Part shown: one piece after another, positions 1 through 12,612 of the stretch
Layout of the letters: each line of letters opens with the position of its first letter
Position numbering within the stretch: the stretch's first letter is position 1
From: Prorocentrum cordatum
Lineage: Eukaryota
Direction of reading: 5' to 3'
Assembly (NCBI GenBank): GCA_963575745.1
Contig: CAUYUJ010000089.1
Location: forward strand, 1-64,000
Length of the DNA stretch: 64,000 bases
Notes under the pieces: generated by a model
Database searches by the model: none
The model's input: only the letters and a program-made list of their open reading frames with translations
Told to the model about the DNA's origin: nothing
Program-made: the position numbers and the translations under genes

Positions 1-679
1 AAAAAAAAAATCGCATAATGCACAATTGCATAAATATCCTTTAGATTTGAACTGTGGCAAGACGTACATATTGCATCTGGTACAGATTGGATATGGAACT
101 TGCATAAAAAGATTTTCACCACCCTCGTACCGTGACTGATTTGATTACTTTGATTTGGTATTGGATTGAAGACTTCATATTCATGATTATCATGTGTTGC
201 TTCGGGCACCGACCGTTTGGGTCGGTGTCATAAGAGTTCAGTCTCTCCATTCCACTTCTCTCCAGCCCACAGCACTGTCCTGGGTTCTATCTCGGCGGCT
301 GGCGCTGTAAAACCTTTTGCAGGTTAGCGCCGCCGTTGGGTACGAACCTTACGACAGAGCTTTGGCTGTCCCTTCCTTTCCTTCCTGGGCCGAAGCAGTG
401 GATTGCAGACAGGAGCTCAGTAGAGATTCACTCTCCTATCCCGATCCCCGCTTCGGTGCCTTTCGCTTTTGTGCGTTGGCATCGGGCGGGATCGGGACGG
501 GGGGTGTGTGTGAATCCCCCTACTTTCCTCCTATCTTGCTCATATCCATCGCCCCTCTTGGCTCGGATGACAGGTACTCGATACTTGGAGGTACGTTGGG
601 TAAAACCATCGTCCCTCATCGTCTACCGACGGACACTCGGGGGTGGGGTCGGTCCATTGGTCCTCCTCACCCTCACACA

Positions 680-1135
680 TGAGGAGCCCGCCGAGGGCGC
701 CGATGAGCCCGCCGAGGCAGAGGAGGGCGAGAAGGGCGAGGAGATCGAGGAGGCTGAGGATCCCAAGCCAAGCGAGGGCGACAGTCCCGAGGTGATCTTC
801 GTCGACGACGGGGGTGGCGGTGAGACGAGCTGAAAGATGATGAGCGCGCGCGACTCCAACTGGTACTGGCTGAAACGCGTGCGCCGCAATTCCGAGGGCT
901 ACGATTGCCTCTACTACAAGAAGGATGGCGATATGAAGCACACTCAGCTCCTCATGGTCTCCGACAAGAAGTTCGAGGACATCTGCGGCAAGTGGTCCAG
1001 CCAGCACTGCAGCTTCGTGTTCATCAAGAAGTGCTTGGACATGATCCAGAGGGAGGGCACGGTGTGCAAATGCAGGTGCGCGACCCTCAAGAAGGGCGTC
1101 AACCTCGAGATGACGGGCCGCTCCTGGCGACGAGC
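680..1135 (+). pseudogene. Coding-like exon remnant (acidic stretch then RDSNWYWLKRVRRNSEGYDCLYYKKDG...)
   Basis: Strong GC3 bias. ORFs 336-833 and 837-1232 share a frame and are separated by a single TGA (831-833). Confidence 0.5.
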
Positions 1136-4077
1136 CCGGGATCAAACGCCCGTGGATCCAGGGGTGTGTGTATCGGGCTGGAGGTGTTCCCGTGCATGGC
1201 CTTATATAGTATATATGTTTATTGATGTATAATTGTGTTTTTTATATGTGCATTTAGATAGTAAATATAGATATATTGATGTATCTTTAGGTAATAACTA
1301 TGTGTATTGATGTGCATGGACCTTTTGATCGCCTGGCCAGTTTAAAGTATACCATAGACCAAGCAATTTCCATTGGTGGCCCCTCCCCCCATCGCCTCCC
1401 GTTCGCCCCCATCCGTCGACCTCCTCAGCGATCGACCCCCGCATAGCGCAGCCGAGGTGATCCGCGTATGCATGGCCGTGGTCGTGATCAGCAGCATCGA
1501 CGATCACGAGATCGTCGGCATCAGCATCGTCGACATCAGCATCGTCGAATTCATGCTACTGCGAAGGAAGGCCAGCGGCACGGGAGGGGACAGAGAGAGG
1601 GAGGGGGGGATTCGTGTCCAGGCGGGATGGGCCCGAGGAGGGATTCATATGGAGTGATCGATTGATGGCAAGAGGGAGGGGCGGGAGGGGAAGAGGCGAG
1701 AGAGGAAGGGTTGCCTTCCGCTCCTCCTCCTCATTTCGTTTCTCCCCCTCCTCGAGGATCGCTCCTCCTCCTCATCCTCCTCCTCCTCTGCCTCCAGCCT
1801 CGGTGATCCCTCCTCGATCCCTTCTCTGTCTCCTCATCCCTCGATCCTCCTCATCCTCAGTCCTCCTCCTTGCGCCCCTGTGTGCCGCCGCCGATGCCAG
1901 TTGGTCGTTGGCCCTGGGGTCAACGACCAGCTTGCATCAAACGATCGTTTGAGTGCGTCCTAGTGGCTGTGCGACTCGTGCCCCAGGGCGCGTGGGCTCG
2001 ATCATCCTTATGGATCCTCCTCTTCCTATTCCTCCTCTGCGCCCGCCTCGCCCGCAGGTGAGTGGGGCGGCTGCGCTCGCACGGACGTGCGCATGTTCAT
2101 CATCGCACGGGGGGGGGGGGGGGCATAGGGACCCCTGCTCCCCGCTTGAACTCGAGGCCTGGCGCCGCAGAAAATATGGAGGCAGAGCGGAGCATGTGAT
2201 CATGCGGTTGCAAACGTTCTGTTGCGAGATTGGGCGCGCTTTGTCGATCACTCTACATATAAGCGTAATGTGTCGATCCAACCGCATCTGAGTACATCGC
2301 ACCTGACATGTCAACATATACATACATATGCATTTGAATATGTGTATGTGTATATATACATACATATATCCACAGACATGTCAGGTGCGACCCTACGGGG
2401 TAACTCTGCCCTGAGACTTTCGAGACTCGCAAGTGTGCACGGTGCCAACGACAACCGCGACCGTTGTAGCTCCGCGTGGATGGGGCGATGCCGCCATCAC
2501 GGCTGCAGAACATTATGGATGCATGCACGTCTATGCATGCACATATATACCGACACCAATGAATGCGTTTATGTGGTTATTACAGATGTAAGCGCACATA
2601 CATATACATGTGCATATGTTTGTGTACGAATAACCACAAATACGTGAAAGGGGGTTATTGCAAGCGCTGCGTCATCCGAAGTGGAATTGCGGGATGCGGT
2701 ACCGCTTCCACGCATATCTCGAGGATGCGGACCACATGAGTCGATCTGACAGCTCAGCCGACGATTTGAGGTCAGCGTGTCTGCGCTCTTGTCGATGTAT
2801 ATATATATATATATATATATACCTCCAGCCATCTCGATGCCCGCGCCCCCCTGGCATAGCCGATCCAGGTCGAGACGGGATCCCTCTGCAGCGCGGGCCC
2901 CCTCGACGCGGCGAGTTCACCCGTGCGCAGGCGAAGAGGGGCGGGGGCGTGACGGGCCTGCGGGCGAAAGGGGAGACTGACAGTGAACTATACCAATCAC
3001 GTGTATGCATCATTCGATTCGGAGCGTTCAAGGCGTGTTCAGGTGTGTGTGTGTATGTGTGCATATGCGTGCGATATACAGGGGCGTCGTGTACCTGTAT
3101 ACATGCGTACATGCACGCGCACACATGTGTCTATAAAAGTGATTGTGTCTACATGTTTAGATGCATGCACATGCGCGTGTGTGCGCCTACACATGTATGC
3201 ACATGCATCAATGTGTGGCGATAGCCTTCGCACATGCATGTGCGCGCATGCAATCGAGCTGCATGGCTATATGGGTGTGTGTGCGTGCGTGTATATACAC
3301 CTATCAGGTGCGAGGGGGAAGAAGAGGTGGGGGAGGGGGATGAAGAGGGGCTGAGGGAACGACGATCATGAGAAGAAAAAGGGCACTGAACGGAGGGGGG
3401 GCATGGGGCGGAGGAGGAGGAAACGACGATATTCGGGGGGAGGGCCGAGGGGTGCCAAAACTATGGTGCGAGAGGGGGTGGGCCGATGAATTGAGGTTTA
3501 TCGGGGGCGGAGGGGGGGGGGGGCAATACATGCACATGGGTATAGGGTGGAAGGGTGCCATGGGGCGGCCGAAAAGGAGGAGTGGACCAGCGTTTGCAGA
3601 CACACCAAGCTGGCAAACGCTCGGCACCGTTATATGCACATGTATATATATGTATCACATACATACATACAGATTTACATACATATGAACGTGCGCACGC
3701 GCGCGGCAGAAAGGGGAGGGACTGCGCAGCCCAGGTGCAGCTGGACCTGGGCATCGCGGTTGGCAGGAGAAGCTCTGCAGCGATTTCTTGCAGCGGTCCT
3801 ACACTGCACTTTGCAAACAGAGCGCTCGCTTAAGGGCGGGGGGGACGTCCACGGGGCGGGCGGGGCGCAGCTGGTGGCGTAGGCCCTATCTCTATAGGGC
3901 ACACGCTTCCAACTGGGGCACCCCGATGTCGCTGGTCGGCACCGACCAGCGCTATCGGGCGCCCAACGGGAGCCCGACGGGCGGCGCGACGGGCACCCGA
4001 CGGGCGGGTTGGGCTCTCAGGATGCTCAACCCCCCCATCGGGTACCCCGAATTGGGTTTCTCGGAATGGCGGGGACC

Positions 4078-4722
4078 GTGATGTTCCTAATGTTCCTCAT
4101 GTTCCTCATGTTCCCGTAATGTTCCGTAATGTTCCTAATGTTCATAATGTTCCCCATGCTCCTCATGTTCCTCATGTTTTTCATGTTCCCATACTGTTCC
4201 GTACTGTTCCTAATGTTCCTCATGTTCCTCATGTTCCTAATGTTCCCGTACTGTTCCGTAATGTTCCGTAATGTTCCTAATGTTCCTAATGTTCTTCATG
4301 TTCCTCATGTTCCTCATGTTCACATAATGTTCCGTAATGTTCCGTAATGTTCCGTCATGTTCCGTAGTGTTCCGTAATGTTCCTTATGTTCCTCATGTTC
4401 CTCATGTTCCTCATGTTCCAATAATTTTCCGTAATGTTCCGTAATGTTCCGTGGTGTTCCGAATGTTCCTCATGTTCTTCATGTTTCTCATGTTCCCGTA
4501 ATGTTCCGTAATGTTCCGTAGTGTTCCGTAATGTTCCCAATGTTTCTCATGTTCTTCATGTTCCTCATGTTCCTCATGATCCCGTAATGTTCCGTAATGT
4601 TCCTAATGTTCCTCATGTTCTTCATGTTCCTCATGTTCCCGTAATGTTCCGTAATGTTCCGCAATGTTCCGTAATGTTCCCAATGTTCCTCATGTTCCTC
4701 ATGTTCCTCGCTTTCCGCAATG
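4078..4722. repeat. 9-10-bp minisatellite (AATGTTCCGT / CATGTTCCT), ~65-70 units
   Basis: Read directly; the ATGTTC core is nearly invariant. Confidence 0.92.
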
Positions 4723-5409
4723 TGCCGCAACGCCCCCCAGCGCTATCGCCCGCGCGCCAAATCTGCGCAACGCGGGCACCGCCGGCCCCCCTGGCACCGC
4801 CCCCCGCTCCCCCCGCGCGCCAAATCTGCGCGACGCGGGCACCGCCAGCCCTCCTGGCACCCCCCCCCCGCCCCCCGCGAGTGCGGGAACGCGTGTCCGA
4901 TGTGTATATTGCGGTAATCAGGGGTGCGTTAATGCGCGCGCGCCCAGCGCGGGCGCGCGCGCGGGCGCATTAATGCGCCCACGCATTAATGCGTGGGCGC
5001 GTTAATGCGCCCAGTTTCACGCGCGCGTACGCGTGGAACGCGTTGCGAGTGCATGGCCCCTGGCGCCGTGCGCGCCAGGGTCGGAGGCGACCGTCCTGCA
5101 GGCGAAAAGGGGCAACTCTGTGTCCGATGTGGATATTGCGCATGAAAAAATACATGTGTGTTGAGTGTGTGCGTGTGTGCGTGTGCGTGCGTGCGTCGAC
5201 TATATGTGCACGTGCGTGCGCGTGCGTGGTCGCGCGCGCGTCGGGCGCGCTTGTGGATTGCGGCGCGTCGATGATATCGATGTGGATATTCTATCGCCCT
5301 GCAGTGCCGATGTGGATGTCGCGCCATGCATTCTGTTCGATCCAGCTGCGCGAATTCCCGCGTGGGCCTTGAGGCCCACGCTGTACATGTAACGGGGAGG
5401 GCAGGTGAG

Positions 5410-8400
5410 ATGCCGCCCAAAGGCAAGGCGAAGGGAAAGGTACAAGCTGACCCCGGCCAGGTGAAACGCCGCAAGCAGGAGACCAGGCAGGCCCGTTCGG
5501 AACACGAGAACTTGCTGCAGCGCTTCCGGACCCCCCGCCATGGAAACCAGCTGGAGGGTGCCAAGGGTCTGCACGAGCCCGTCAACGTGATCATGATCAA
5601 ATCGAGAGGACGAGGAGGAGGATTAGGAGGAGGAAGAGGAGGACGAGGAGGGGGGTCTCGAGGAAAGGATGTACATGGTGCTGTCGATCTTTGTCGGGCG
5701 TCCCTGATCCAGGACCCACTTGGCAAAACAGAAGAAAGAGGTCAAGGACGAATACGAGAGAGCCACCACTCTGGACCACAAGGAGTGGTTGAATAAGTGG
5801 CGCAAGCACGGCGCCCAGGGGTGCCAAGGAAACAGTGTTACCATTTCAGAACCAACATGTCTGCATATAACTAGTGCAAGTACCTGTTTGGAACTTCAGT
5901 GCACAAACGTGCCGACCGATGTTAATATTACTGTGTACAGCTATAGACACATGGTCATGTATTTGTGCATGTGTATATGTGAATATATAGCTGAAAAAAA
6001 AAACAGCGACACATACATGTATACATATATATATATATATGCATATACATATACGCATGTACTGATAACACGCACGTGATCACGAAACATATGTGCACGA
6101 CTTACATAAATATGCACACGTGCCCGTTCACCCTTGGACTCCTGGGCGGACCGGTCCTCGTCCGAATCCTCCCGTCGTTACCCTCATGCCGAGTTTGGTG
6201 GAATGGCTCAGTGATTATTGTGCGCCACACGCGTGGCCCCACCAACCCTGCAGTCCCGTGCAATGTGTGTATGGATAGGTTCTCGCAGCTAGCCCAGGCA
6301 ATTTCGATTTCGTCAAACGCATGAAAACGTAGAGCGAGGAAAAGATGAACATCAAGGGCTCCGCAGATCAGTGGCGCAACTGGGACGGCCTACTGGCCGT
6401 GCGCGGGTGGTCTGAGCAGAACAAAGACACGCCCACTGGCCAGAGGCCAAGCCGAGGGGTGAAGCAGGGGATAGGGGTCATCATGCAGGTAGAAGCATAG
6501 AGGATCAGGAGGGGCATGGAGGATCAGGAGGAGAAGCCTAGAGCATACAGGGTCATGAATCAGTATGCTGCACACGTTCAGTTCCGCCTGGGGCTGCGCC
6601 CTTCTGGGTGGGAGCCCTCTTGACAGTGTAGCTCGTCTTGGATATTTGCGACCCTGTTGAGTCTAACTTGTGAACCCTCTTGGTGCCCCATCCTTCGTGA
6701 TTGCGTGCGTGATCGATGTTGGAGCTCACCGCTCGGGTCTGAGCCCTGGTAGTGTGCAGATCTTCTGAGTTCCCTGTGTTCTGGGGTTTTGAAACCTCGC
6801 GCCGCCCCAGCCTCTCGCCCGCCGCAGGGCCTACGCTCGGGCGGAAGTGGTCCGCGCCAACTGCGAGAAGCTGAGGAAGACGCACGCCACGGTATATGGG
6901 AGGGGGGTCGGGCAGGACGTGCATTTCTAATGTCAGTTGTAGTTTTAACACATCTGTGCATCGACGCGCCCTCTCCCAGCGAGCGCTTGCGCCGCAGAGA
7001 GATGGAGGTGGATACCCAGACTGGTGAGACGCTGCACCGCCGCATCGAGAGGGTGAGCACGGAGACCAGGAGCCACAAGCAGGAGCTGAAGACCACGCGC
7101 ACTACGGGCTTGAAACCTATCGCCGAGGTGACGTCCAGCGACCACAGGTCGGCCAAGGTTCGGTGGTCATGGGGTTGCGTGGGCAAGAGTACCATCGAGA
7201 GATAGATAGATCGACACATATATATATGAAGTTAGAGAGTATGTGTAATTGTATGTACATGCAAATCGTCAAACATCTCTATCATATATATATATAGATA
7301 TACATATAAATACATACATGTATCAATCGAGGTACGTCTCCGTAGCTATAGAGGGATGGATCTTCAAATATGCAAATATTTGTATATATAGGTGTATACA
7401 TGGGCAGACATATGCATTGATGTGTGCAGTGCGAGTGGACGGATCGACTCTGGTTCTTCTCAGAGCCGAGTGGACCTGGGGGAGGCTGCCAAGAAGACAG
7501 AGCTGCAGCATGCCGACGAGGACTCTGAATACTCCTACGGTGAAGAGTCGGAATCCGAGAGCTCCGAGTCCGAGTCTCCCGAACGTGCCAAGCAGGCCGT
7601 GCCGGTTTGATTTTGCTCACGTTGGGGGGTCATCCAGTGGCTCACGTATAACCAGTGTCAGCTCGTTCTCTAGCCCCCTTGAGCCCCCGCGTGGGGGCAT
7701 GGTGCATGCACGAACTCATTCATGCGATCGTGCTTGCGCACTCCATCTATCAATCTCCCGCATCGGCCCCTCGAGGCTGGCGGCTCTGCATCGACATCCC
7801 GCGTCGACAGCGACAGGGTTCAGGCCAGCGAGTGGGGCCAGATGCTCGGCGAGGCGTCCCGCGTGGCCGCGCTCCTGCAATGGCTCGACGTGGGAGGGGC
7901 GGGCTCCCTCGCCGCATGCTGTCTGCGTGCAGTGCTCAGCCTCACCACTCAGGCCCCCTATAGTTATCGCGATCTCGCGTGAGGTACGCATTGCGCGCTA
8001 TCGAGATCTCGATAGCGCGCAACGCGTACCTCACTCACGAGAGAGTAATCTCGAGGCGTGGCGTTAATCACATCACTTTCGAGAGTGATGCGATTAACCC
8101 CACGCCTCCATCACAGTTTTAACGTGCGTTTTCGCACAATTTCGGGCACTGGTGCCAGCACATATCGTCTCGGATCGCAGCAAGATGGGGATTCGCAGAT
8201 AGGTGTCGCAGTTGTTTGTGCAACGTCAGATCTGAAGGATGACATGCGCGCGTTTGGGAGGTGGTCGAGCACTCGTGGCTCAAGCCGTACGAGAAGCAGA
8301 TCGTGGCCAGCCTCAAGAACCTCGAGGTGGTGAAGACTGCGATGACGATGTCCCTGCAGGGCAAGTCAGCCCCTCAGTTGCTGCATCAACTTATGAAGTG

Positions 8401-8720
8401 GTCCAGCCTTTTGGTGTTCGTTTATCTTCGGGCGAAGTGTTGGGACGTCTTGGTTGATCGTCATGTTTGCTTGAGGGGATGGGTTGGCGACGAGTGCGCC
8501 ATGGTGTAGTCTGCGCTTCGGTCAAGCGTGATACGTGCATTCAGCGTCGATCAGTCTGACGATGAGGATGAGGAGGAGGATGAGGTGGATGACGAATTCG
8601 ACCGAGGTCCAAGGATCCCATGGACATGGCCGACATGGCCGAGAAGCTGGAGGAGGCCTCCTCGGTCGCTCCGCAATTGCATGGTGGGGAGCAGGAGGAT
8701 CCTCGAGGGCGGCAGGTCTG
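5410..8720 (+). pseudogene. Decayed multi-exon gene (MPPKGKAKGK..., acidic/charged protein), possibly a transposon accessory gene
   Basis: GC3-rich exon-like blocks at ~5410-5828, 6955-7157, 7464-7594, 7776-7952, 8261-8359 and 8545-8715 with phase-compatible GT/GC donors; stops and a frameshift in the first block. Confidence 0.5.
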
Positions 8721-9070
8721 GCCCTGCACGGTCTGGCCCATCGCGCGCTCGATCACAGTCGAGGGCGGCATGAGGAGGAGGAGTCGAGGGGGGGAGGAGT
8801 CGAGGAGCAGAAGGTGCTTTGAAAAGACTCGGTGCATGTGTGTCTGCGGTTGCACTGACATTTCGTTCTTGCATGGCGTCGTCAACGCTGCTCACATGGA
8901 AAATCTGTAATGAACTCCAAGGCTTCCTTGAGGCATGCACGCGTGCCCTGCTAGGCCAAGCGCGTGTGGGGCTTGATCAGCCCCGTGATGGCCAGCGTCG
9001 CTGCGGCTGCAGCCGCTTTGCAGGGGAGTGCTTAAGTGAGCGTGCAGAATATCATATACGTTGGCCTCTC

Positions 9071-9071
<1 letters not shown>

Positions 9072-9164
<93 letters not shown>
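9072..9164. repeat. 93-nt poly-T run
   Basis: Read directly; flanked by CTCG on both sides. Confidence 0.9.
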
Positions 9165-9669
9165 CTCGCTCCATTTGCTCTCGTTTGTTTCCACTTTGTT
9201 TCTCGTCGTTCGTGCCTTCTTTATCTCCGTGTGCAGCGAAGTTAGCGAGCAAGTGCATGCGCTGCACGGTGCTCGATGGTTACGGGGGCCGGGGACGATA
9301 GCAAAGGCATTAACCTTGCAGTGCATTGTAGTTGCGCCGATGGGATCGGCGAACGTTTGCATTTCAGTGCATTGCAAGATAACCTATCATATTGATCGGG
9401 GGTATGGCAATTAACGTGCTGGTGCTTGTAAGGGGTTGGTAACTCTTGCGTCGAGCTCGTAGGTCAGTGCAAATTTCAGGGGCTGCAGAGACTTGCCCCG
9501 CGCGAACGGAGGCGCCGCATGCGCTCAGGAGAAATGAGTTTTCTTGGTCATGCAGAGCGGCGCCGCCCCATCAGACGATCTCTTATTTCCAGGCGGCAGT
9601 TCAAGCGCTGACAGATTGCAGCTCGAGCTTCATCGAGTGCATTGGCTCCCGCGACATGTGCAAGTTTAG

Positions 9670-9717
<48 letters not shown>

Positions 9718-10178
9718 AACAAAAAAAAACCCACGCAAATCAGAGATATAGAGAGCGAGACCCCTGAATTCAAACCGATGGTTGGGAAACACAGGTCAGT
9801 TAAAGTTCTTCGCGCATCGCGTGTCCTCACCAGCCCGTTCAGAGTCCCCGCCCATGAGAGTTGACGAGAAAGAGAGAAAGAGAGAGAGAGAGAGAGAGAG
9901 GGAGATAGGGAACGCTGGGTATAGGAGCATGCCTCTGGATGTGATGTTTCTGTTTCAGTTCGCCGCCACTTCACGCGACCGCAGTTTGCCTATAGATGAG
10001 CTTCCTCGAGCTAGGGTTGGACAATGGACACTGCTTGCCTGATCGAGCTCTCGGGCACGGATTGATTCGAACCGTCGGTGTATATGTTAGTTCAGTGAAT
10101 TCACATATACGTCGCCATCTCCATCGAGTGATCTCGCTTTCATTTTGGACGTGCCCGAACAGCACCAGTCTCGAAGAG

Positions 10179-12458
10179 ATGGCGGGTCGCGCAGCAGGGG
10201 CAGAGGTTTCGCTAGATGTTGCAATGCATGCAGAAGCTGCAGCGCCGCTCGAGGACGCATAATGGCCAGAAAGAGGGGTCGCCTTACATGTTTGCATCGG
10301 CTGTGCGCTGCCACTCCCGTCATGCCCCAGCATCGGCAACTGCGCAATCGATGCTCTACACTGGATCGGCCCCTGGTTCAATGCCATTTCCCAGGACCCT
10401 GAAGGCATAGGGTTGCGGCACTACTTATCGAGCAGATGGGGCGAAGGGAAGCTGTCGGCAAAGGACCGATCGGGGTCGGATAGGTTTGCCCCTGATTGGG
10501 GGGCTTAGGCCACGTGGCCGTTTATCTCATTGAAGGTCGGGGGTGGTTGTTGACCTGCGATTGTTCCATGTTAACATGGAACAATCGTTAATTAATTAGC
10601 AGTGTGCTTAAGCCCCCCGCGGCCGAGGGCGATTTGCATTTGACCTCGACCTTAGGATGTGTGCGTCGTCGCGTACCACTGCAGCAGGTCTGGGTCCGCT
10701 GGCGTGGGCGATTTGGCTTTGGCGCCAACTTCGAGCCACCACATGGAGCATCTTCGGACAGCGATCGGCCTGAGTGGCCGTTCGTCGTTTTATTATGCAG
10801 AGATCCCTACCTGGGACAAAGAGTCAGATACCAGGACGTGCACCACGTTCCCATTCGCTCTTCCGCGCGAAACCTTCCACGCCACCTACGTGGCCGCACC
10901 AGAAGACTACGACCTCAGCCGTGTACCTTCAGAGGATATGCCGCCGCACTTCGCCAACCACCAGGTGAGGCGAGAGAAGGGTGACCGTGCCTTCCCCATC
11001 TGATATTATTCCGATGGGGTACCCCACACCAAGAAAGATACATGTATAGCTTTTTACTAGCCAAATTTTGTGACTGCTGCCCGCCACATTATATGTGTGG
11101 TGCGGAAAAGTGACTGTTGTGGGTGCGGCTGTCGGGGTATGTGCACTCTCGCGGCCGCGATGCGAGTGATCGTGTGGTCGCTGAACGTGATGGCCACGGG
11201 TGTGTTTCCAAGCACGGACCACCAGGACGCCCCCTTCACCGACCCCCTCCGCGCTGCACGACGCGGCTTCCCCTTGGCTGGGGGCCTGTGCGCAGCGCTC
11301 TGTGAGATGCGAGCTGACCTCGTTAGAAATTCATCAGGCTTGAGGTTACCGTCGGTACGACAATGTTGAGCATCCATGCTTTTGCTGCGATTGCCGCAAG
11401 GCAAATCTGCACGACTACCCCTTGGACGTATCAACTTGGCCATGGAGGGAGAAGGACCCTTCGAAATATGCAGCCATGGTCCGCCGGTGTGCGAAGAAAG
11501 TAGTAGTAACAACCAGAGCTTAGTTCAAACGTTTGGTGGCGTGCTGCAGACAGGACCCAGAGTTGTGGGGGTTCGGGACATGGCGTGCCTGTCCCGAACT
11601 GGGGTTGACGGCTGGATTCCGCTTGCTCCTCGAAGGAGTTGTCACGGACACCCATCGCCTAGACCAGGTGGAGGCGCTCATCCGCCCAGGCCACCCAGTC
11701 GAACTGTCATTCTGGCACGTCAACAACAGGGCTGGGCTTAACTTCGCTGCTCCCATCCTGGGCGTTGTGGGTTTCACTGTGAGCATGATATGTTTGGATA
11801 TTATGCACATCCTCGACTTGGGCTGCACCCAAGGGCTCGTGGGCAAAGTGTTTTGGATGCTGATTGAATCTAATTTTGCGGCGGCCACAGATCGTGCACT
11901 TTTGGTGCGGAGGATGAAAAATATGATCGGGCTGAGAAGGCGCATGCAAGCGTTACATCATGAACAGGGACGTGCTCGGACGCGGGAAGCAGTCTCGCAT
12001 TTGGAAGCTCAGCCTGCAAATGTTAGGAGGCGTGAACGAGCCCCTCCTTCACGCGAAGGCGGCCGAGACTCGCCACCTCGTGCCTTTACTTCCTGGGCTG
12101 TGTCGGGAGCATCCAGCTGCGTTTGCAGAGAATCCGCACATTCCCCTTGCCTGTCAAGCGTTGCGCCGTTTCCACCAAATAGTAGATGCGGCCCCATCGC
12201 CAGATGCCTCCTGCCCCCCAAAAGGGAATGATCCATTTCTTGCATTACTGGAAAGCTGCAGGCGGGCACGTGGTGTTTAAACACCACATGTGCCTTCGCT
12301 TAATTAGACAGGCAAGAATCCTGGGCAATCCCAGGTTCTACTGGGCGTACTGCGACGAAGGCACAAACCGAGCGATGGCCGCGGTGGCGAAATCTGCACA
12401 CCACGGGCCAACATTTCATTATGCCTTCTTGGAGAAGTGTTTGCCGCACTACTGCTAG
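10179..12458 (+). pseudogene. Degenerate spliced DDE transposase, CMC (CACTA/Mirage/Chapaev)/Plavaka-like
   Basis: Exons 10179-10253, 10395-10463 and 10656 onward, joined by GA..AG introns. Motifs YSDG (~11010), CCGCGC, RADL, LDIMHILDLG (~11797), AKAAETRHL, FKHH, GNPRFYWAYCDE. In-frame stops (11001, 11058) and frameshifts. Confidence 0.7.
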
Positions 12459-12577
12459 CCAGCAAAAAGTGTGCGCATAGGGCGCGTGTGCGTGTGCATG
12501 AATGTGTGCGCGTGCACGCGTGTGTGTGTGTGTGCGTGTGTGCGTGCGTGTGTGTGTGTGTGTGTGTGTGTGCGTGT

Positions 12578-12612
<35 letters not shown>

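Noticed and set aside
9755..9790. tRNA or tRNA-derived SINE (B-box-like GGTTTGAATTC on the minus strand)
   Set aside because: No A box or cloverleaf could be built.
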